32,000 nucleotides of DNA from Promethearchaeota archaeon (lineage in GTDB: Archaea; Asgardarchaeota; Lokiarchaeia; Sigyniarchaeales; Promethearchaeaceae): the NCBI GenBank assembly GCA_016933055.1, contig JAFGBS010000008.1, forward strand, positions 167,199 through 199,198, written 5' to 3'. Of the stretch, positions 15,870-24,121 are shown in pieces. The notes beneath the pieces were generated by a model. The model saw only the letters and a list, made by a program, of their open reading frames with translations, was not told where the DNA came from and ran no database searches. The translations under genes were made by a program, and so were the position numbers. How positions within the stretch are numbered: the stretch's first letter is position 1; each line of letters opens with the position of its first letter.

Positions 15870-18242
15870 ATGCTTCCAATGAATGAACGGATAATAAAAT
15901 TACGAACTCAAAGTTTGAATGCAATTCCTCGAATATCGATCGAGCGAGCAAAATTGCTCACCGAATTTTACACATCCCACACGGCAAAAACAGTGAGTAT
16001 TCCAATTGCTCGTGCAATGGCTCTAAAGTATATTCTTGAAAATGAAACCATCTGTATAAATGATGGGGAATTGATTGTTGGGGAGCGAGGTCCTGAACCA
16101 GCAGCAACCCCTACCTACCCCGAAGTGTGTATCCATTCCCAGAGGGATTTTGAAATTCTACACACCCGGGAAAAAATTCCCTTCAATGTCTCTCCTGAAG
16201 TTTTGAAAACACAATTGAAGAAAATCATACCCTTTTGGAAAGGAAAATCAATACGCGAGAAAATTTTTCAAAACATGGAAACCGAGTGGCTAGAAGCATA
16301 TGAAGCGGGTGTCTTCACTGAATTTATGGAGCAGCGTGCGCCGGGGCATACGGTGGGAGGTAAACATATCTGGAAAAAAGGTTTTTTGGATTATAAAAAG
16401 GAAATACTTCGTGCATTCGATAACATTGATTTAAAGAATGACCCCAACGCTTCAAACAAACAGGAAGAATTGAAAGCGATGAATATTGCAGCAGATGCTA
16501 TTATTTCATTTGCACATCGTTATTCTAAAGCAGCAGCAGAACTCGCTAATATAGAATCAGATTCAAAACGGAAAGAAGAATTATGGAAAATAGCTGAAAT
16601 TTGTTCTAGAGTTCCTGCTCATGCACCAAGGACATTCTGGGAAGCACTACAGCATTATTGGTTCATCCATTTAGGAGTAATAACAGAATATAATACTTGG
16701 GATTCCTTTAATCCTGGAAGACTAGATCAACACTTGATCTCCTTTTATCGAAAAGGGCTTGAAAATGGAAATTTAACACCAGAAAGGGCAGAAGAACTCC
16801 TCCAAGCGTTTTGGATTAAATTTAACAACCAACCGGCTCCCCCTAAAGTTGGAATAACTGCTGAAGAATCTAACACTTACACTGACTTCTGTAATATTAA
16901 CATTGGAGGCTTGACAGAAGAAGGAGAAGACGGAGTAAATGAATTATCTTATATTTTACTAGATGTGGTTGAGAATATGCGAATATTGCAGCCAAGTTCA
17001 AATGTTCAATTATCCCATAAAACGCCAGATGAATTTTTACTTAGGGCATTAAAAATTATTAAAACAGGATTTGGGCAACCCTCCATATTTAATACTGATG
17101 CAACAATTCAAGAATTGGTACGCCAAGGTAAAGACATCAAGGATGCTCGAAATGGAGGCAATTCAGGTTGTGTGGAGAGCGGTGCATTTGGTCGAGAAGC
17201 CTATATTCTCACAGGATATTTTAATTTAGTTAAAATATTAGAAATTACACTCCACAACGGGGAAGATCCTCTAACAGGAAAACAGATTGGATTGAAAACC
17301 GGAAAAGTCTCCAGATTTTCTTCTTATGAGAATTTCTTTACGGCTTTTTCAAATCAAGTCAGGTACTTTCTTGATATTAAATATCGAGGAAGCTTAGTAA
17401 TAGAAAAATTATGGGCGGAAAATTTACCAGCACCATTCTTATCCATAATTACATTGGATTGTATCAAAAACAGAAAGGATTATAACGATGGTGGGGCACA
17501 GTACAACACCAGTTATATTCAAATTGTGGGAATGGGGTCTATTACCGATTGTTTATCTTCTATCAAATATAATGTATTCGATAAGCAAAATTTACCTTTT
17601 TCTGAAATGGTAAAAATATTGGATGCTAATTTTGAAAACTATGAAACTTGGAAGGCAAAGTTCCTCAATAAAACACCCAAATATGGAAATGATGATCACT
17701 ATGCAGACCAATTTATCAAACCCGTGTTTGATTTAGTATTTAATGCAGTAGATGGTCTTCTGAATACACGAGGAGGATGTTTCCACATTAATTTATTGCC
17801 CACCACAGTGCATATCTATTTTGGAAAAGTAACGGGGGCGACTCCTGATGGGAGAGAGGCATATACTCCCTTGTCTGAGGGTATATCACCAGTCCAAGGT
17901 GCAGATACCAAAGGACCTACTGCTGTATTAAATTCTGCAGCTAAAATCCCCCATCTAAAAACAGGAGGGACATTATTAAATCAGAAATTCACACCCGATT
18001 TCCTTAAACACAATGAAGGCATAAAAAAAATTGCAGATCTGATCAGAACATACTTTAGGATGGACGGACATCATATTCAATTCAATGTGGTTTCTAGAGC
18101 AACCCTTCTAAGTGCTCAACAAAACCCAATTGAATATCAGAATCTTATTGTACGAGTTGCGGGATATTCCGATTATTTTCTGAATTTGGGTTACGATCTT
18201 CAAAATGAAATCATCAAACGAACTGAACACTCGGGTGTTTAA
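15870..18242 (+). CDS. hypD: Glycyl radical enzyme, trans-4-hydroxy-L-proline dehydratase (HypD) family
   Basis: Gly loop RVAGYS and Cys loop SGCVE, plus HypD-type segments FTEFMEQRAPGHTV, NTWDSFNPGRLDQHL, FNNQPAPPKVGITAEESNTYTDF, AYILTGY and LPTTVHIYFG. Confidence 0.9.
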   Translation: MLPMNERIIKLRTQSLNAIPRISIERAKLLTEFYTSHTAKTVSIPIARAMALKYILENETICINDGELIVGERGPEPAATPTYPEVCIHSQRDFEILHTREKIPFNVSPEVLKTQLKKIIPFWKGKSIREKIFQNMETEWLEAYEAGVFTEFMEQRAPGHTVGGKHIWKKGFLDYKKEILRAFDNIDLKNDPNASNKQEELKAMNIAADAIISFAHRYSKAAAELANIESDSKRKEELWKIAEICSRVPAHAPRTFWEALQHYWFIHLGVITEYNTWDSFNPGRLDQHLISFYRKGLENGNLTPERAEELLQAFWIKFNNQPAPPKVGITAEESNTYTDFCNINIGGLTEEGEDGVNELSYILLDVVENMRILQPSSNVQLSHKTPDEFLLRALKIIKTGFGQPSIFNTDATIQELVRQGKDIKDARNGGNSGCVESGAFGREAYILTGYFNLVKILEITLHNGEDPLTGKQIGLKTGKVSRFSSYENFFTAFSNQVRYFLDIKYRGSLVIEKLWAENLPAPFLSIITLDCIKNRKDYNDGGAQYNTSYIQIVGMGSITDCLSSIKYNVFDKQNLPFSEMVKILDANFENYETWKAKFLNKTPKYGNDDHYADQFIKPVFDLVFNAVDGLLNTRGGCFHINLLPTTVHIYFGKVTGATPDGREAYTPLSEGISPVQGADTKGPTAVLNSAAKIPHLKTGGTLLNQKFTPDFLKHNEGIKKIADLIRTYFRMDGHHIQFNVVSRATLLSAQQNPIEYQNLIVRVAGYSDYFLNLGYDLQNEIIKRTEHSGV

Positions 18243-18377
18243 AAAAAAAAAATATAGTTTTGGATTAGAGTTAAAACTCCAAGTATTTACCCAATTTTTG
18301 GGATTTTGGATCAGGGGCATTTGGCAAATTCCAACTGGAAGAGCTCTACCAAAAGGTATAAAATTCTTAGCAAAAAT

Positions 18378-19073
18378 TTAATCAATTGTCTCAATTTGTG
18401 TGAAATTCCGTTTTTTCAATGTTGTATAAGATTTTTTCTTTATTCCTTTTGATCTTAGAACTTTAGGGAACAACATACCTACATTTTGTTGGTATCGGAA
18501 ATAATCGTCAAATTCAAGCAATAATCGTTCTTCTTCCTGCGTAGCAATGACATAATATCCATAAATTCCAAGAAGTAGAAGAAAACTTCCTAAAATGAAA
18601 GTTAAAAGGGGGAATCCAATGAAACCACAAACATATTGAAAATAATTTGGGTGTCGAACCACTGCAAAACCTAATCGAGTTTGAAGTTGATGAGTATTAT
18701 GGCACAAATAAAAACCTCGAGCCCAACGTCCAAGAGCCCCGATAATCAATCCAAATGTCATTATGATTATTCCAATAATTTGAAAAAGGAATTGAACACT
18801 TTCTGGAAAAACCAATTGTAGTGTAGTGGAGGTGTTTTCTTCTAACACGATTGTTCGCAAAGGAATAATTATAATAAAAAACCAAAAAGCAACAGAGGAA
18901 AAGCTATAACACAATATTCCCACAATATTATGAGAAATCGCATATGGGTATCGAATTTTACCCCGTGGTTTAAGTATCATTACAATATCCAAAGTGGTGT
19001 GGGTTAAAAAGTAGATAAGTAAATATCCTAAAAGATATATACTGATCTCTTCCCAACCTAAGGAAAAACTCAT
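18378..19073 (-). CDS. Isoprenylcysteine carboxyl methyltransferase / PEMT-family membrane methyltransferase
   Basis: Several TM helices, VVRHPNYF motif and EEERL...F..Y..YQQNVGMLFP tail. Confidence 0.82.
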   Translation of the reverse strand: MSFSLGWEEISIYLLGYLLIYFLTHTTLDIVMILKPRGKIRYPYAISHNIVGILCYSFSSVAFWFFIIIIPLRTIVLEENTSTTLQLVFPESVQFLFQIIGIIIMTFGLIIGALGRWARGFYLCHNTHQLQTRLGFAVVRHPNYFQYVCGFIGFPLLTFILGSFLLLLGIYGYYVIATQEEERLLLEFDDYFRYQQNVGMLFPKVLRSKGIKKKSYTTLKKRNFTQIETID

Positions 19074-19271
19074 GCCATAAGCAGAAGTAAGTGAAGATAT
19101 TTATGCTTTCAGTATTTGATAAGACTATTTCTATGGTTTAATAATCCCATTAATAACAGTATTTAAGAAAATCGTTACTCATATGCTTTTTATATAAAAT
19201 AGCGCTCATTCCTACATATCTGACTTTCTAGTGGAGACTTAACAAAATTTAATGCTAGTGGAGAATTTATT

Positions 19272-21215
19272 GTGACTCAATCCTACGTAAACTGGAAATT
19301 TCTGAACGAGAATCTGATCAAAGAGAGGAAATATCAGCTTAATATTGTAGATTCTGCGTTTATGTCGAATACTTTAGTTGTTCTACCTACAGCTCTCGGA
19401 AAAACTATAATTGGAATCTTACTTACGGTTAAACATCTTAAAAAGTATAATGGAAAAGTCTTGGTTCTGGCTCCTACTCGTCCATTGGTTTCTCAGCATT
19501 ATAATAAATTTAAACAGTTTATAAATAATTCAATATCCATGAATATTTTAATCGGAGGACTTTCACCGCTACAGAGAACTCTTAAAGTCAATAACTCGCA
19601 GATCATTTTTGCTACTCCCCAAATTATAAAAAACGACATTTCCTCAGGAGCATATAACCTTAAGAACTTCACACTCATTATATTTGACGAAGCTCATCAT
19701 GCCCGGCATAACTATGCATATACATTTATTGCAGATGAATACATATTTTCCTCGAAAACCCCTCACATTTTGGGCTTAACGGCTTCTCCGGGTAAAAATA
19801 TCGATCGGATAAACAATCTGGTGGAAAAATTACGAATCGAAAAAGTATGTTTTAAAACCGAAGAAGATAATGATGTAAAAGAATATATCTACCCAATCGA
19901 TGTCTATATTGACCGAGTAGATCTTCCAATCGAGATCGTTGAAATACAAGTAATAATTGACCGAGCAATCCATGAAATTATCGATTATTTGATGGATTAT
20001 AAATTAATAACACCCAAGCGATATTACTCGAAAATGGATTTCTTAGCACTAAGTCATGATGTACGATTATTTGAATATTGTAATCACGATGATTACAAGG
20101 ATGAATATAACTTTCCCACTATATTTGATGCTTTATCAGCGAATCATGATAAAATTCCTGACCACATCACCATGATCAATGCTGGAATTTATTGGTATCA
20201 TCTTCAAGAGCTGCTCACCACCCAATGCCCACAATTGTTTCATAAATATTATGAAAAACTATCAGATAGAGCGGAATCGAACTCGCGTAGTGCACAAAAG
20301 GTCGTTCACAGTAAATATTTCCGTAATTTTATTAATGAGAAACTCTCATTTTTGCTTGCCTTGGATTCCCCTAAAATTAGAATAACATTAAATATAATTC
20401 AGTCAATCTTTGCAACTAAACCAGATGCAAAGATCATCATCTTTACTCAATTTCGTGATATGGCATCTATTATAACAGATAGAATAAATACTCTTGATCA
20501 TTGCAATATTTCTGCAGCAAGATTTGTAGGACAATCTTCCAAATTTGAAGATATTGGTTTATCCCAATCTATGCAACAAGAATTAATCGAGTACTTCAAA
20601 ACTCATAAAATTTCAGTTTTAGTAGCGACCTCGATAGCAGAAGAGGGATTGGATATCCCTAACGTCGATTGTGTTATTTTTTATGAGCCAGTACCCAGTG
20701 AAATACGTTTAATTCAACGTCGTGGCCGAACTGGCAGATCCTCTAAAGGAAATTGTCATATTTTATGTGTAAACGATAGTCTAGATGATATTTTTCTAAA
20801 AGTATCCTTTCGGAAAGAACAAAACATGAAAAATTTGTTAACAGATAACCATCAACTGGATTTGTACTCATCTATCAATCGTAATCCTGAGAAATTTGCC
20901 CTATCTGTTAAAAATGATGAGGAAATTTATCAGTTTTTTCAAGACATTGCTGAACGCAGAAAAATAACTACCCAAAAAGAGATTGATATGATAAAAGAAT
21001 TGTTAGAATTGGAAGGTGAAAAAAAACGTACATCGAATTTAAAACGATACGGTGTGAGGGATTTGACTCAAGAATTGAACAAATTAACGGTAACACGATT
21101 ACAACGTAAAGATAGTAATCTCCAGCATCTCAAGGAAGAAAAAAAGAATGAGATAAGACAAAGACGCAGCCAAAAAATTGAAGATAAAATCAAATCTTTC
21201 AAAAAAAACAATTGA
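19272..21215 (+). CDS. Hef/FANCM/Mph1-type SF2 DEAH helicase without an ERCC4 nuclease domain
   Basis: VLPTALGKT, LAPTRPLVSQH, ATPQ, DEAHHA, LGLTASPG, VATSIAEEGLDIP and QRRGRTGR; the C-terminus is a charged coiled coil. GTG start. Confidence 0.92.
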   Translation: MTQSYVNWKFLNENLIKERKYQLNIVDSAFMSNTLVVLPTALGKTIIGILLTVKHLKKYNGKVLVLAPTRPLVSQHYNKFKQFINNSISMNILIGGLSPLQRTLKVNNSQIIFATPQIIKNDISSGAYNLKNFTLIIFDEAHHARHNYAYTFIADEYIFSSKTPHILGLTASPGKNIDRINNLVEKLRIEKVCFKTEEDNDVKEYIYPIDVYIDRVDLPIEIVEIQVIIDRAIHEIIDYLMDYKLITPKRYYSKMDFLALSHDVRLFEYCNHDDYKDEYNFPTIFDALSANHDKIPDHITMINAGIYWYHLQELLTTQCPQLFHKYYEKLSDRAESNSRSAQKVVHSKYFRNFINEKLSFLLALDSPKIRITLNIIQSIFATKPDAKIIIFTQFRDMASIITDRINTLDHCNISAARFVGQSSKFEDIGLSQSMQQELIEYFKTHKISVLVATSIAEEGLDIPNVDCVIFYEPVPSEIRLIQRRGRTGRSSKGNCHILCVNDSLDDIFLKVSFRKEQNMKNLLTDNHQLDLYSSINRNPEKFALSVKNDEEIYQFFQDIAERRKITTQKEIDMIKELLELEGEKKRTSNLKRYGVRDLTQELNKLTVTRLQRKDSNLQHLKEEKKNEIRQRRSQKIEDKIKSFKKNN

Positions 21216-21227
21216 ACCCTTGTCGAA

Positions 21228-21875
21228 TCAAAAATTTATTCTAATTACTCCTCGATGTGGTCGTTTTATATATTTCTGGCTTTCAAGATCTCGTAAACTC
21301 TTATAAAACGTGGATTTACTAAGATTAGTTTGGATAAGTTGGTATAGTTCACCCGTTGGGAGTTCCTTGTGTAATATAAGGGTAATAAGAATCTTTTCAT
21401 TGATTTGTCTCTCATTCATGAATTCTAGTAAAAACGCTAACCGTTTATTAAAGTCATGCTCCACCTCTGTGAGTGCAGACACACGCTCTGCAAGATACAG
21501 CATTACTTCTTCCCTGGCATTAATTATAGAAAAACTATAATCGTAAACTTCAATTAGTTTCTTGATTAATTTCTCGAAGGGTAGATCTTGGGATTCCAGG
21601 AGCACCTTATCAAATCGCTCGATTACTTTATAATAATCTTGACCGTTTTCTAGTTTAGAGAGGAAGAGGGCAATTACTTTTTTATGAGAGTCATTATAAA
21701 ATGAAATTACATTTGCTTCTTCATCACGATGGAGCATAACAGAACTGATGAAATTGTGGGAAATTTGAATTTGTTGGATATGTTCATTGCTAACTTCAAA
21801 CTCTTGTGGATATTTAAAAAACTCCATAGCACCTTGATAAGAATCCCATTGTATAATGACGAGACCAATCGGCAA
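21228..21875 (-). CDS. Longin/uDENN-like N-terminal domain, coiled coil and C-terminal winged helix-turn-helix
   Basis: PIGLVIIQWDSYQGAMEFFKYP resembles Asgard longin/uDENN-like starts; the C-terminal ILITLILHKELPTGELYQLIQTNLSKSTFYKSLRDLESQKYIKRPHRGVIRIN is wHTH-like. Confidence 0.65.
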   Translation of the reverse strand: MPIGLVIIQWDSYQGAMEFFKYPQEFEVSNEHIQQIQISHNFISSVMLHRDEEANVISFYNDSHKKVIALFLSKLENGQDYYKVIERFDKVLLESQDLPFEKLIKKLIEVYDYSFSIINAREEVMLYLAERVSALTEVEHDFNKRLAFLLEFMNERQINEKILITLILHKELPTGELYQLIQTNLSKSTFYKSLRDLESQKYIKRPHRGVIRINF

Positions 21876-22020
21876 GTGTTAAATTTCCCTCATTCCATTA
21901 TCAGAATCTCTAAGTGAATTAAAAATGGTTACTTATTCCTAAAAATTCATGGATAATTGTGTATTAATGTCGAGGTAAAGGGAGAAACATTATTAGACTC
22001 CATAAACTCTAAAACTAGAA

Positions 22021-22794
22021 ATGCGATTAATAGACACTCATTCTCACTTGGAATGGAATAGTTTGTACGAGAAACTAGAACAAGTGGTTAAAGGAGCAAA
22101 AGAAAATGGATTGATAGGTATCATTACGTCCAGTGTATGGTTAGATACTGCTCCAGTGGGAATTAAAATCGCACACAAATATGAAAATTTTATTTTTCCG
22201 TCTATCGGTTTTGCACCGACTGAAGCTGCAAAAAAACCAGCAACATTCGAACCATTTAAGCAATTCGTTTTAGAACATTCTAACCAAATGATAGGACTAG
22301 GGGAAATTGGTTTGGATTACTACTGGATAAAAGATAAGGTAATACGTAAGGATGTGGAAAATAAATTCATTGAACTTATCCAACTCAGTGAAACGATTAA
22401 TAAACCCATCGTAATCCATTGTAGAGATGCAGAACAGCGTGTGATCGAGTTGATTGAGGAATATTGCAATCATGACCGAGTACATATGCATTGTTTTTCT
22501 GGTCCTAGTCATCTTGTGAAACGAGCATTGAAAAATGGCTGGTGTTTTAGTGTCCCAACTTCAGTGGTTAATCGAAAATATCATCAGAAATTAGCTGAAA
22601 ATGTTCCATTGGAACGAATGTTTTTAGAAACAGATGCTCCGTTTTTATCTCCGTTGAAAGATCAAAAAATAAATGAACCTAAGAATATCGCTATTAGTGC
22701 CGTACGTATTGCAAACATGAAAAACACAACTCCTGATAATGTTGCTGATATTACAACAGCCAATGCAATCGAATTTTATTCGTTACCCATTTAA
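22021..22794 (+). CDS. tatD: TatD-family metal-dependent hydrolase/nuclease
   Basis: DTHSHL, GEIGLDY, VIHCRDAE, MHCFSG and LETDAPFL...NEP. Confidence 0.95.
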   Translation: MRLIDTHSHLEWNSLYEKLEQVVKGAKENGLIGIITSSVWLDTAPVGIKIAHKYENFIFPSIGFAPTEAAKKPATFEPFKQFVLEHSNQMIGLGEIGLDYYWIKDKVIRKDVENKFIELIQLSETINKPIVIHCRDAEQRVIELIEEYCNHDRVHMHCFSGPSHLVKRALKNGWCFSVPTSVVNRKYHQKLAENVPLERMFLETDAPFLSPLKDQKINEPKNIAISAVRIANMKNTTPDNVADITTANAIEFYSLPI

Positions 22795-22860
22795 ACCTTA
22801 ATCGAAATTTCGAATTTTACAAATTTCTTTAAGGGTTATTTTTCCTAACATATCTTTAGT

Positions 22861-23136
22861 ATGCCCTCTTTTTACGTTTATATCATTGAATGTATCGATA
22901 AAAAACGTCGAAAAAGTTATTATACGGGATATACAAACAATCTCAAAAAAAGATTCCAATTACATACTCAAGGTAAGGGTGCAAAATATACAAAAGGAAA
23001 AGATTTGACTCTCATATATTCAGAAATCTACCCTTCGCGTTCAGAAGCGGTTCTAAGGGAATTAGAAATCAAAAAATTAACCAAAAAACAGAAAAAGGAA
23101 TTAATTCAACAAGGAGAATTGAACAATCCTGCCTAA
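22861..23136 (+). CDS. Small stand-alone GIY-YIG nuclease (UPF0213-like)
   Basis: FYVYII...YYTGYTNNLKKRFQLH..GKGAKYT...EAVLRELEIKKL. Confidence 0.92.
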   Translation: MPSFYVYIIECIDKKRRKSYYTGYTNNLKKRFQLHTQGKGAKYTKGKDLTLIYSEIYPSRSEAVLRELEIKKLTKKQKKELIQQGELNNPA

Positions 23137-23158
23137 TCACAAGGGTTTATTAATCATT

Positions 23159-24052
23159 TTGTGTGGATTACCCGCATCAGGAAAAACCAAGTTTGCTAAT
23201 ATCCTAGCAAGCCATCTTAAAGATAGATTTCCCACTATTTCAGTTCATATAATCGATACTGATATTATCCGCGAAAAATTATTTTCACAAAAATTTAAAC
23301 CTGAGGAGGAGACCAAAGTTCGTAAAAATGCACTCGAACAAACTTGGCAATATCTGGAATCGGATTACGTGGTTATAATAGATGATATTAACTATTATAA
23401 TAGTATGCGGCAAGATTTCAAAGAGATTGCAGAAAAATTAATGAAGCCATTTTTAATAATCCATATATCTACACCCTTGGAATATTGCTTGCTTTGGAAT
23501 CAAAAAAGAGAAACCCCCTTGGAAGAACGTATTATTAGTCAAGTGGCAGAAAAATTTGATATACCTGGGGAAAAATATGCTTGGGATGTTGCAACGGAGA
23601 GTATTGACTTTTCAAGAGATAAAATTTATACTAAACTAAAATCAATCGTAAATAAGATAGAAAATATTCTGTATACTCCCGTTAAAGCTGATAAAATTGA
23701 GAAAAATAAAGAAATTACATCCACTATACAAGAACTGGAGTTAATTTCTCGCAATTTTATCCATTTTTATTCGAAAATTCAGTTCAATTCGGAAAAAAAA
23801 GACTCAATAAATCTTCATTCTGCAATTGCAGATTCTTCTCACCTTGATATATTTGAGAAATTGTGTAATTCATCTTTATTTCACCAAATCCAAAATAAAT
23901 TTGATTCCAATATTGAAAAAATAAATACAGAAAGAAAAAACTATCTTAGGAACTCTCAGTCCAAGTATTATAGGGAAATAATATCTTTAGATGAAGAAAC
24001 TCTCTTAAATTTCTTGAAAGATTTTATGAAATTCTTGTTGAGAATTACTTAA
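23159..24052 (+). CDS. pstK: O-phosphoseryl-tRNA(Sec) kinase (archaeal PSTK)
   Basis: P-loop GLPASGKT, DTDIIRE, DDINYYNSMR and EKFDIPGEKYAWD, all matching archaeal PSTK, followed by a helical C-domain. True start is probably upstream (CTG 23129) because the LLIIL strand precedes the TTG. Confidence 0.88.
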   Translation: MCGLPASGKTKFANILASHLKDRFPTISVHIIDTDIIREKLFSQKFKPEEETKVRKNALEQTWQYLESDYVVIIDDINYYNSMRQDFKEIAEKLMKPFLIIHISTPLEYCLLWNQKRETPLEERIISQVAEKFDIPGEKYAWDVATESIDFSRDKIYTKLKSIVNKIENILYTPVKADKIEKNKEITSTIQELELISRNFIHFYSKIQFNSEKKDSINLHSAIADSSHLDIFEKLCNSSLFHQIQNKFDSNIEKINTERKNYLRNSQSKYYREIISLDEETLLNFLKDFMKFLLRIT

Positions 24053-24121
24053 TCTCTGGATATTCCTTTTAAAATCAATAATCAATTTTAATAACGGGAA
24101 TTAATTGAAATAATTAGAACG

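Noticed and set aside
18329-18340. ORB-like palindrome TTCCAACTGGAA
   Set aside because: Spacing differs from TTCCAGTGGAA, it is a single copy with no G-string, and there is no orc1/cdc6 nearby.
22861-23136. GIY-YIG gene as a homing endonuclease or mobile element
   Set aside because: 91-aa stand-alone UPF0213-type protein with no DNA-binding extension and no intron or intein context.
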